64,000 bases of DNA from assembly GCA_963771075.1 (NCBI GenBank), contig CAVYSE010000009.1, positions 32,001 through 96,000 of the forward strand, written 5' to 3'. Below, piece after piece: positions 45,565-54,043 of the stretch; positions within the stretch are counted from its first letter, which is position 1; each line of letters starts with the position of its first letter. The notes beneath the pieces were generated by a model. The model ran no database searches and was not told the DNA's origin. It saw only the letters and a list, made by a program, of their open reading frames with translations. This DNA comes from a candidate division FCPU426 bacterium (lineage in GTDB: Bacteria > Oederibacteriota > Muellerivitia > Muellerivitales > Muellerivitaceae). Both the position numbers and the translations under genes were made by a program.

Positions 45565-46407
45565 TTACAACGAAGCTTCAGAATCCAAAGCCTTTGATAA
45601 TTCCATCAGTTTTTCAATGCCCAAAGTTTCACCCCTAATCTGCGGGTTCAAACCGGTCTTTTTCAAGGCGCTATCGATTTGGCTCGCATCCTTCCCCAAG
45701 CTTTTCAGGGAATTGGTGATGACCTTGCGGCGGGTTTGAAAGATTGCCCTCACCAAGTTGAAAAAGTCCCTTTCGAGCCCCTTTTCTAGTGGCAACTGGG
45801 GCTTCAATGAAAGTTCAACGAAGGTTGAATCCACTTTGGGACGGGGCTTAAAGCATTTAGCCGGCACTTCTACCACCCGCTTAACCACTGAGTAATATTG
45901 GGCGCAAATGGTCAAAGCCCCGTATTCCTTGGTTCCCGGTTCGGCTTCCAGCCGGTCCGCCACTTCTTTTTGGATCATTAGGTAGATTCGACGCACCAGA
46001 GGATGGTATTGGGTCAAGATTCGGGTCAAAAGGGAAGTCGTAATGTAATAGGGGATGTTGCCGGCTACCGTTAATTTTCCAGGTGGCGGCGGTGCCAGTG
46101 GGGCCAAGTCGATCTTTAAAATATCCCCCTTTACCAACTGAACCATGGGAGTGGCCCCATATTTTCTCTCAAGCATCGCAAAAAGCTTGTGGTCCACCTC
46201 TACCACAGTTAGAGGTCTTTCCTTCTTGATCAACCTCTCGGTCAGCGCCCCGTAACCTCCCCCTACCTCCAGGAGAATGTCACCGGGGGGACAAAGAATG
46301 GCCTTCTCGATCTCATCGAGAATTCGGTTGTCAGTCAGAAAGTTCTGCCCCGCGGACTTACGGGGTCTGTAGGAATATTCCTCAAATAGCGTCTTGATGG
46401 AGGTCAT
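45565..46407 (-). CDS. rsmA: 16S rRNA dimethyladenosine transferase (KsgA)
   Basis: GQNFL, EVGGGYGALT, GNIPYYITT, PKVDS. Confidence 0.96.
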   Translation of the reverse strand: MTSIKTLFEEYSYRPRKSAGQNFLTDNRILDEIEKAILCPPGDILLEVGGGYGALTERLIKKERPLTVVEVDHKLFAMLERKYGATPMVQLVKGDILKIDLAPLAPPPPGKLTVAGNIPYYITTSLLTRILTQYHPLVRRIYLMIQKEVADRLEAEPGTKEYGALTICAQYYSVVKRVVEVPAKCFKPRPKVDSTFVELSLKPQLPLEKGLERDFFNLVRAIFQTRRKVITNSLKSLGKDASQIDSALKKTGLNPQIRGETLGIEKLMELSKALDSEASL

Positions 46408-47408
46408 TGGGCCTTTTCGCTTAGCTCTCCGGCCAGGCGAATAGCCGCAACCATGCTGGAAGGGTCGGCTTTCCCCTTTCCGGCGATGTCAAATGCCGTT
46501 CCGTGGTCAGGGGAGGTGCGGATGAAAGGTAACCCTAGGGTCATGTTGACCCCCTGGTCGAAGACCGCCAGCTTGAAAGGAATCAATCCCTGGTCATGGT
46601 ACATGCATAAAACCGCGTCGTAGTGGCCCTTTGAAACCCAATAGAAAAGGGTATCGGGTGGGTGGGGACCGGAAACATCCCACCCCTGCCTTCGGGCCTT
46701 GGCGATGACGGGGGCTAAAACTGTTTTTTCCTCCTTGCCAAACGCCCCATTTTCACCCGCGTGGGGGTTCAAAGCCGCCACCGCAATTCTTGGGTTTTTA
46801 ATCTTGAACATTTTCTGAAGACTTTGGTGAGTCAAGGCCAACTTTTCCCAAACTTTGTGCCGGTTGATGCCTTTAACCGCGTCCCAAAGGGACAAATGAA
46901 TGGACTGAAGGGTAATCCGGAAGGGGCCTCCCACCATCATCATGGCGAAATCCTTTCGGTCCGACAGGTGAGCCAAAAGTTCGGTATGGCCTGGAAACAC
47001 ACACCCCGCCTTGTGGATGGCTTCTTTGCTGATAGGAGCCGTAACCAAAGCGGCGGCCTTGCCTTCCAAGGCCAATTGGGCACCTTTGATGATGTAATGC
47101 ACCGCGGCGGTACCGGAAGCGGCGGAAACTTTGCCCCAAGCCGATTTGTCCGCCCCACCCAGGTCCAGGACCCCCACCCTCCCCTTACAAATAAGGGTCG
47201 GACCCTCGTTTTCGATTTTTTCCAGCGGAAGATTCACCCTGAAACGCTTGGCGCAGGCCTTGAGGTAGGCGTAATCCCCGACGATGCAATAGAAATTCTT
47301 TGATGTGGGCGGAAGTTTGGCGAGAGCCTTTAAAGTGACTTCCGATCCAATCCCCGATGGGTCGCCCATGGAAAGGGCTATGACCGGCTTCGCGTCAAAA
47401 GATTTCAT
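46404..47408 (-). CDS. pdxA: 4-hydroxythreonine-4-phosphate dehydrogenase
   Basis: MGDPSGIG, GHTE, NPHAGE, MYHDQG, RTSPDHGTAFDIAG. Confidence 0.97.
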   Translation of the reverse strand: MKSFDAKPVIALSMGDPSGIGSEVTLKALAKLPPTSKNFYCIVGDYAYLKACAKRFRVNLPLEKIENEGPTLICKGRVGVLDLGGADKSAWGKVSAASGTAAVHYIIKGAQLALEGKAAALVTAPISKEAIHKAGCVFPGHTELLAHLSDRKDFAMMMVGGPFRITLQSIHLSLWDAVKGINRHKVWEKLALTHQSLQKMFKIKNPRIAVAALNPHAGENGAFGKEEKTVLAPVIAKARRQGWDVSGPHPPDTLFYWVSKGHYDAVLCMYHDQGLIPFKLAVFDQGVNMTLGLPFIRTSPDHGTAFDIAGKGKADPSSMVAAIRLAGELSEKAQ

Positions 47409-47444
47409 GCCCCCCCCGGGGTTTATTAAAAGCACGCCTTCAAT

Positions 47445-47599
47445 TTCACCACAGCGGCACGGAGACACAGAGAAAATTGAATTTTTTTACTTTTCTCCCT
47501 GATTAGTTGTGAGATTTGATTTTCCCTTCAGCCTTTTCTTTTTATTTGATAAATATCTTTGATTAGTTGTTCTCTGAGTGCCTGTGACTCTGAGCTGGA
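47445..47599. repeat. Periodic inverted-repeat element (CACAGAGA-type arms)
   Basis: Left arm TTCACCACAGCGGCACGGAGACACAGAGAA (47445-47474); right arm 47570-47599 is its degenerate reverse complement (21/30); AT-rich spacer. Confidence 0.7.
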
Positions 47600-47609
47600 T
47601 TAGTCTTTC

Positions 47610-48938
47610 TTACAACACCTTCGCGGCCAGCGCAGCCAGTTGGGAACGTTCGCTCTTGGACAGAGTGATATGCCCGAACATCTCATTACCCTTGAACCTT
47701 TCGGCCAGGTACACAATCCCATTGGAGGAGGCATCTAGGTAGGGATTGTCGATCTGGTATGGATCCCCGGTCATGACGACTTTCGTACCCACCCCTGCCC
47801 GGGAAACAATGGTTTTGATCTCGTGGGGGGTGAGGTTCTGGGCCTCATCCACGATCAAGAACTGCTTCGGGATCGAACGCCCACGGATATAGGTAAGAGC
47901 TTCAAGTTCTAGCTTGTGGGAGTCCAATAGATATTGGACCTTGTCATCCACTTCCTCGGCGTCGTTCTGCAAATGGCCTTTATCCAATATAAATTCCAGG
48001 TTGTCGAAAATCGGCTGCATCCAATTCATCAGTTTCTCGTCTTTGCTTCCAGGCAGGTATCCGATGTCCTTTCCGAGGGGAACAATAGGGCGAGAAACCA
48101 GAACCCTGCGGTACTTTTTTTCATCCAGACTCTTCAATAGGCCGGCGGCCAGGGCCAAAAGGGTCTTTCCCGTTCCCGCCGAACCCACCAAGGTTACCAT
48201 GCTGATGCGGTCGTTCAATAGCAGGTTCAGGGCGAAATATTGCTCCAAGTTCAAAGCCTTGATGCCCCAGGCCTCCGGGTCCTTGAACCAGAGGGACTGG
48301 GCTTCCTTCAGTCCGTCCCGGTAAATGCCCCGGGCGGTTTTGGACTCATGGATGTCGCTCTTTAAAAGCAAAAACTCGTTCTCGTAAAACTTGCTCTGTT
48401 CCATATAGGGAACCAAGGAGAGTTTCCCCGACTTATAAAACTCATCGACCTCCGAGTCCTTGACGGTTACGGTGGTCCAGCCCGCGTACAATTCGTCGAT
48501 GTTGACCTTGTTCGTCTCGTAATCTTCCGACTCCACGCCCAGGGCATCGGCCTTGACGCGCACGTTGATGTCCTTGGTGACGAAACGCACATTCTCGCCC
48601 TTTTCCTTCAGCGCCAGGGCAATGCCAATGATATTGTTGTCGATTTTCATGTGTGAAAGGGAAGCTGGCAGGTGATTGGCGGGGGTCGAGATGTCCACCC
48701 GCAAAAGGCCACCATTCTCCAAGGGTACTCCCGCCGGAAGGTTTCCCTTTTTGCGCAGGTCGTCCAGTTTACGGGCCACTTCCCGGGCGTTTCGGCCCCG
48801 CTCATCCTGGTATTTCTTGAAGGTATCCAGTTCCTCGATAACCCCCAGGGGGATCACCACAATGTTGTCCTCGAAAGACTCAATGGCGTGAGGGTTGTGG
48901 ATAAGAACGTTGGTGTCGAGTACGAAGGTTTTTTTCAT
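47610..48938 (-). CDS. PIN-PhoH family protein (YlaK-like)
   Basis: VLDTNV PIN start; GSAGTGKT; IGYLPG; YIRGRS; DEAQN. Confidence 0.95.
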   Translation of the reverse strand: MKKTFVLDTNVLIHNPHAIESFEDNIVVIPLGVIEELDTFKKYQDERGRNAREVARKLDDLRKKGNLPAGVPLENGGLLRVDISTPANHLPASLSHMKIDNNIIGIALALKEKGENVRFVTKDINVRVKADALGVESEDYETNKVNIDELYAGWTTVTVKDSEVDEFYKSGKLSLVPYMEQSKFYENEFLLLKSDIHESKTARGIYRDGLKEAQSLWFKDPEAWGIKALNLEQYFALNLLLNDRISMVTLVGSAGTGKTLLALAAGLLKSLDEKKYRRVLVSRPIVPLGKDIGYLPGSKDEKLMNWMQPIFDNLEFILDKGHLQNDAEEVDDKVQYLLDSHKLELEALTYIRGRSIPKQFLIVDEAQNLTPHEIKTIVSRAGVGTKVVMTGDPYQIDNPYLDASSNGIVYLAERFKGNEMFGHITLSKSERSQLAALAAKVL

Positions 48939-49107
48939 GCCACCCTCACATGATTTAAGAATTGATAAAGGAGTTGGCATAGGGCCGATCTCCTTGAAAC
49001 CATTTTAAACGGTGAATCTGCCCATACCGACCTTCCAATCTGAAAAAATGATACTGAGTTCGGCATTGAGCCGATTTCATTTGATTTCATTAATAACATG
49101 AATCGGT

Positions 49108-49806
49108 TCATGGTTTGGGGGCCTCCCGATGTAATAGATGGGGCTTCACCAGAATGAAACAGGTCCGGGCCAGATCAATAGCCCGGTGATAGGTCTCAGA
49201 AAATACGACGGACAAAGGCAGGACTTGCGGCCAAACAAAGGAGGTAAGGAACATTAAGCCAATCATATTTCCCGCGAAAATGAAAATCAAGGAAAAGGCC
49301 ACACCGCTTTCTTTCAAGTCCGATTGGGGATGGGAAAGGGAATAAACGGTTAGGGCGATGTGAAAGGCGTAGGTAAACCCGATCATTCCCACGAGATAAA
49401 TCTTAAAGGGTTCGGCCGCGATCAGGTAGAGCCCAACCGTAACAGCCGTGTAAAAAGGGAAGACATAGGGGGCCAAGCTGATCAACACGCTCGATTTGTT
49501 GACCATTGTGGAACCGCCTGTCGTGGTGGCGTGTACCGCCGTCACCTTGCCCCCCATAAGGAGCGCGGCCAGGGCATGGGTGAGTTCGTGGGCCAAAACG
49601 TGGGTTAGGATGGGCTTGTAAAAAGCGAAATGGATAATCAGGTAGAGGACAAACCCTGACAAGAAGACAATCGTATATTTATTGCCCCACGGAATACCCG
49701 CCCAGGCGTGGACCAAAACCCAACCGATCGATATCGACAGCCAAATCAAAAGAATGGCGAAGAACCATTTCACTAAAAATAAACCAATGGATTTATGCAG
49801 GGCCAA
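49108..49806 (-). CDS. M50B-like membrane metallopeptidase
   Basis: HELTH within a TM segment; ISLAPY; several TM helices. Confidence 0.75.
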   Translation of the reverse strand: MALHKSIGLFLVKWFFAILLIWLSISIGWVLVHAWAGIPWGNKYTIVFLSGFVLYLIIHFAFYKPILTHVLAHELTHALAALLMGGKVTAVHATTTGGSTMVNKSSVLISLAPYVFPFYTAVTVGLYLIAAEPFKIYLVGMIGFTYAFHIALTVYSLSHPQSDLKESGVAFSLIFIFAGNMIGLMFLTSFVWPQVLPLSVVFSETYHRAIDLARTCFILVKPHLLHREAPKP

Positions 49807-49833
49807 GAATCACCTTTTAATTCAATTGGAAGT

Positions 49834-50757
49834 TTATCCCTCTATCGATTCTTCTTCGGATTCAAGTGTGAATTCATTGATGGGAATTTCCGTCGCAATC
49901 TTATAGACCACTTCCCGGGGCAAGCCCCGCATTCGAGAGACCGCCTTGACCGCCTCGGTCTTGGAAAGCCCCTGTACTTTTATGAATTCCAATAATTGGT
50001 CTGCGATGGAAACCCCTACCCATTTTTCCTGGTCCGTGTGGTCAACCCTCTCGCCGCCTTCGATGACAATCACGAATTCACCCATGGGTTCATGGGTTTT
50101 GAAATGCTTCCACAATTCCTGGAGTGTGCCCCTCACGAATTCCTCATGTAGCTTCGTCAATTCCCTTCCCACGCAAGCTTGCCGGTTGCCGAACACATTC
50201 ATCATGTCCTTGAGGCTGTTGCGAAGCCGATGGGGCGACTCAAAGAAGACCAGGGTCCGTTCCTCGGACCGGAGCCCCAGCAGAGCGCTCCGACGGTCGG
50301 CGGGTTTGGAAGGCAGGAACCCTAAAAAGGTAAAGGGAGTCGTGGGAAAACCCGATACCGGCAGTGAAGCTAAAAGTGAAGAAGCTCCGGGCACAGGTAC
50401 CACTCGGAAGCCCTTTTGAATAGTCTCACGAACCACCTTGTCCCCAGGGTCCGAAATGCCAGGCATGCCCGCATCCGTCACTAACGCGACCGCCTGTCCC
50501 TTTTCCAGGGCCATGAGAATTTCCTCCACTCGTTTAGTCTCGTTATGCTCAAAACAAGAAATGAGCTTGGGCGGGGTAATCGCAAAATGGTTGAGCAGTT
50601 TCAGGGTATTTCGGGTGTCCTCGGCAGCGATCAACTGAACCTGTCCCAAGACTTTCAAAGCCCGAAAGGTCATGTCCTCAAGATTGCCGATGGGAGTGGC
50701 GACCAAGTAAAGGGTGGAAGGAAGAACCGCGTTTTTTTCAGCGTTTTTTTCTGACAC
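49834..50757 (-). CDS. rsmI: 16S rRNA C1402 2'-O-methyltransferase
   Basis: LYLVATPIGNLED, AEDTR, DAGMPGISDPG, FESPHR, RELTKLHEE. Confidence 0.97.
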   Translation of the reverse strand: MSEKNAEKNAVLPSTLYLVATPIGNLEDMTFRALKVLGQVQLIAAEDTRNTLKLLNHFAITPPKLISCFEHNETKRVEEILMALEKGQAVALVTDAGMPGISDPGDKVVRETIQKGFRVVPVPGASSLLASLPVSGFPTTPFTFLGFLPSKPADRRSALLGLRSEERTLVFFESPHRLRNSLKDMMNVFGNRQACVGRELTKLHEEFVRGTLQELWKHFKTHEPMGEFVIVIEGGERVDHTDQEKWVGVSIADQLLEFIKVQGLSKTEAVKAVSRMRGLPREVVYKIATEIPINEFTLESEEESIEG

Positions 50758-51487
50758 GGGAAGCCTTCCTGCGTGGGAGTTTTTTGGATTGACGCCGGGA
50801 TGTCGTGGTATTTATCGAAACACTCTCAGGCTTAGATTGAATATAGGCCTTCTGGGAACTTATGAAATTTGGTTTTTCGGCTTTGCTGACATCAGAAAAT
50901 AAATTTTTCTCTGTGTCTTTGTGTCTCTGGGGTGAATATTTAAATATCACTTTAACCTTTTCCAGCCCTTCCCAAACGGCCCAACCGATCCCGATTCCAA
51001 AAAGATACCCTCCCAAAACATCGGATGGGTAATGCAGGCCCAAGTAGATTCGGGACAGCCCGACCGCCAGGGCGATCAAAACGAAAAGCCCTTGATAGAG
51101 GGGAAAGGCCCTGGCCAGGAGATACATGGAAGAACCCATATTGGCCGCGTGGCTGGAGGGGAAGGAAAAGGCGGCGCTTCCACCCACTGGGGTCAGTACA
51201 CCCGGCAGGGCGTTGCAAGGCCGGACCCGCTGAACCCAATATTTCAAAAGATGGCTGGAACCCTGGTCCGAAAGAGTCACGGCCACCAAAAGGCTCAAAA
51301 ACAGCCAACGCCCCCTGGCCCCGCCCCAGATCAACTGATAAAGAAGAAAAATTGCAATGGTTAAAAGAATTCCTAAATGCCGAAAATCGGTAACGTATGC
51401 AAAAAAAGAATCCATGATGGGACAGGAACAGGTCTCATTCACAAACCGGAAAAGGCCTACATCAAGTGGGTAGAGTAACTGTCCCAA
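50738..51487 (-). CDS. PAP2 family phosphatase with an atypical C-terminal extension
   Basis: K....R.RP, SFPSSH, SRIYLGLHYPSDV. Confidence 0.92.
   Translation of the reverse strand: MGQLLYPLDVGLFRFVNETCSCPIMDSFFAYVTDFRHLGILLTIAIFLLYQLIWGGARGRWLFLSLLVAVTLSDQGSSHLLKYWVQRVRPCNALPGVLTPVGGSAAFSFPSSHAANMGSSMYLLARAFPLYQGLFVLIALAVGLSRIYLGLHYPSDVLGGYLFGIGIGWAVWEGLEKVKVIFKYSPQRHKDTEKNLFSDVSKAEKPNFISSQKAYIQSKPESVSINTTTSRRQSKKLPRRKASRVRKKR
50907..50936 (-). repeat. Single arm of a CACAGAGA-type periodic element
   Basis: Minus strand TTCACCCCAGAGACACAAAGACACAGAGAA, 25/30 identical to 47445-47474. Confidence 0.8.
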
Positions 51488-51490
51488 AGC

Positions 51491-52600
51491 CTATACCGCC
51501 ACCGGCACTGGATCCTGGTCGGTCATGGCTCGTTGAATCTCCTCAAGGGTTTTCAAAACCCAATCCGCGTCATCAGAGGTCAAAAGTTTCTGCCTCATTT
51601 CCCTCGCGCCCTCGAACCCCTTGATGTAATGGGAAAGGTGTTTGCGCATTTCCATCAACCCCATCCGTTCGCCCTTGACCTCGATGGAACAACGCAATTG
51701 TTCCGCCGCCACCCCCAGCTTGAATTTAAGGGATGGTTTACGGCCGGGCTTCCCGGTCTCGAGAAAGTGGTTGATCTCCTCGAAGATCCAAGGAGCGCCC
51801 ATACTGCCCCGACCGATCATGATGCCGTCACACCCTGTTTCCAGGAAGAGTTTGTAAGCGTCCAGCGCATTCCGCACGTCGCCGTTGCCGATGATGGGTA
51901 TCTTCGCTTTTTCCTTAAGCCGTTTGATGATTTCCCAATTGGCCTTGCCTTCAAACATCTGGTTGCGGGTGCGGGCATGGACCGCCAGAGCCGAAGCTCC
52001 CGCGGACGTGACCGCGTCCAAAAGATCAAAAACAGAGTTATCCATCGCGTCGTAACCGGCCCGGGTCTTGACCGTAATGGGCACCTTGCCCCCCGTGGCC
52101 TTGACCATGGCTTCCACGATCCAACCCGCCCTTTGGGGTTCTTTCAATACCGCAGCGCCGGAGTCGCATTTCAGGATCTTGCCCACAGGGCACCCGAAAT
52201 TGATGTCGATAAGGTCCGGTTTGATTTCCTCGGCCACCTTGGCAGCAGCTTCCCCCATGATGCCGGGGTCCCCCCCGAAAAGTTGCACCCCCACGGGTCT
52301 CTCCGGTTCCGTGAATTCCATCAACTCATGGGTCTTGTCGCTTCCATGCATCAAGGCCCGGGAGCTGACCATTTCGGTTACCACCATGGCGGCCCCGTGC
52401 CGCCGGGCCAGGCGGCGGAAGGCGGTATCGGTGTAACCCGCCATAGGCGCCAGGAAGACCCGTCCATTCAGCGTGAGGGAACCCATCTTGAACTCATGGG
52501 GGTTCTTGCCCAGCTCTTCAAGGGATGGGCCATTCATTTCGGCCTCAGGAAGTGAAGGTTCCGCTTTATCGGGATCAGGATTTCGGGGCAGTACGCTCAT
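51491..52600 (-). CDS. dusB: tRNA-dihydrouridine synthase B
   Basis: LAPMAG, DINFGCP, VHART, IGNGDV, MIGRG. Confidence 0.95.
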   Translation of the reverse strand: MSVLPRNPDPDKAEPSLPEAEMNGPSLEELGKNPHEFKMGSLTLNGRVFLAPMAGYTDTAFRRLARRHGAAMVVTEMVSSRALMHGSDKTHELMEFTEPERPVGVQLFGGDPGIMGEAAAKVAEEIKPDLIDINFGCPVGKILKCDSGAAVLKEPQRAGWIVEAMVKATGGKVPITVKTRAGYDAMDNSVFDLLDAVTSAGASALAVHARTRNQMFEGKANWEIIKRLKEKAKIPIIGNGDVRNALDAYKLFLETGCDGIMIGRGSMGAPWIFEEINHFLETGKPGRKPSLKFKLGVAAEQLRCSIEVKGERMGLMEMRKHLSHYIKGFEGAREMRQKLLTSDDADWVLKTLEEIQRAMTDQDPVPVAV

Positions 52601-52634
52601 GTAATTCCTCAAAGGATTTAAAAAACCAAAATCA

Positions 52635-52742
52635 AACGCAAAGCCGCAAAAACGCCAAGAAAAACCACCTGCAAAGGGTTAAGGCAAATTTTCGGAGAAT
52701 ATCGTAATTTAGAAGGTCTATGCGTCTTAAAGTCTTTGCGTT
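52635..52742. repeat. Periodic inverted-repeat element (CGCAAAGA-type arms)
   Basis: AACGCAAAGCCGCAAAAACGCCAAGA versus the reverse complement of 52717-52742, AACGCAAAGACTTTAAGACGCATAGA (19/26). Confidence 0.7.
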
Positions 52743-52764
52743 GGACGTCGGTTTGTTGTTATTT

Positions 52765-53793
52765 TTATTCTAACAAGAAGGGTGAGTGGCTTAAAGGGGA
52801 GGCCATGGCGGTAGCGGATAAATCAGAACTTTTGCCCAGGGCAAGCTGATAGGCGCCCAGGCCCGCGATCATGGCGGCGTTATCCGAGCAATATTTCGGT
52901 GGCGGCACCCTCAAATGAACACCCCGGGAATCAGCCTCGGCTTTCAAGACCCTCCGCAAGGCCGAGTTGCAGGCGACTCCGCCCCCCACGACTAGGCTCT
53001 TGGGATGGAACTCATCCAGGAATTTCCGGACCCGATACAACACCTCTTCCAGCACGGTGTTTTGAAAACGGGCCGCCAACAAGACCTTGTCCTTATCGTC
53101 TTTCAGGGGATGGTGCTTGATCTCCAATCCCACGGCGGTTTTGAGGCCGCTAAAAGAAAAATCGAGGGTCTTATCTTTCATTCGCGAGACTGGAAATGTC
53201 ATTTTGACTTCCGGAACCTGTGCCGCCAGCTTCTCAATCATGGGACCCCCGGGATAACCTAGCCCCATCAGTTTGGCCACCTTATCGAAAGCTTCCCCGG
53301 CCGCGTCATCGCGCGTGCAGGCCAGGAGCCGGTAATCTCCCCAGGTTTCCATCAGGTAAAGTTCAGTGTGACCCCCGGAGGCCACCAGGCCCAACGCGGG
53401 GAAAGAAACGGGATCGTCGTCCAGCCGTGCCGCGTATAGATGGGCCTCGATGTGGTGGATGGCTACAAAGGGAATTTTCAAGCGGAAGGCCATGCCCTTG
53501 GCGGCTGAAACGCCCACCAGTAGGGCTCCGATCAACCCGGGCGCAGTGGTTACGGCGATTCCCCCCAGGTCGTCCCATCCTACCTGGGCCTGCCGCAGCA
53601 CTTCCCGTGCGAGAAAAGGGAGACTTTCCAAATGCTGGCGGGATGCCACCTCGGGCACCACCCCGCCATAGCGGGCATGGACCAAGGTCTGGCTGGCAAC
53701 CTCGTTGGCCAGGACCCGGTAGCCATCTTGGACAATGGCGGCCGAGGTTTCATCGCAGGAGGATTCAATTCCAAGCACTAATTGGTTCGTCAT
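52765..53793 (-). CDS. tsaD: tRNA t6A synthesis protein TsaD
   Basis: GIESSCDET, GGVVPEVASRQH, HIEAH, SGGHT, DDAAGEAFDK, DNAAMI. Confidence 0.98.
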   Translation of the reverse strand: MTNQLVLGIESSCDETSAAIVQDGYRVLANEVASQTLVHARYGGVVPEVASRQHLESLPFLAREVLRQAQVGWDDLGGIAVTTAPGLIGALLVGVSAAKGMAFRLKIPFVAIHHIEAHLYAARLDDDPVSFPALGLVASGGHTELYLMETWGDYRLLACTRDDAAGEAFDKVAKLMGLGYPGGPMIEKLAAQVPEVKMTFPVSRMKDKTLDFSFSGLKTAVGLEIKHHPLKDDKDKVLLAARFQNTVLEEVLYRVRKFLDEFHPKSLVVGGGVACNSALRRVLKAEADSRGVHLRVPPPKYCSDNAAMIAGLGAYQLALGKSSDLSATAMASPLSHSPFLLE

Positions 53794-54043
53794 TCATTAA
53801 CTCCAGGTTCTTATCGGAAACGGAACTATACACTTGCCAAAGTCCAAAAACGAACAAAAAACGGGACCCGTCAGATCTGGAAATATCCCGATTAGAGTCA
53901 AACGGCGGGGCAAAAAGCCCGAAATATAAAGCATTTGGAGGATTAAAATCCATCCGCTATAATTCGGTTCGATTTGAAAAAGGCCGACCCGTTTTTAGTC
54001 CCTTCTTCTCAAACCCCGCGCCAAAAGGTATTTCGGTGATCCC

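Noticed and set aside
49067..49110. Imperfect inverted repeat TGAGCCGATTTCAT...ATGAATCGGTTCA
   Set aside because: A single hairpin at a gene end, probably an ordinary terminator or stabiliser; nothing further supports it.
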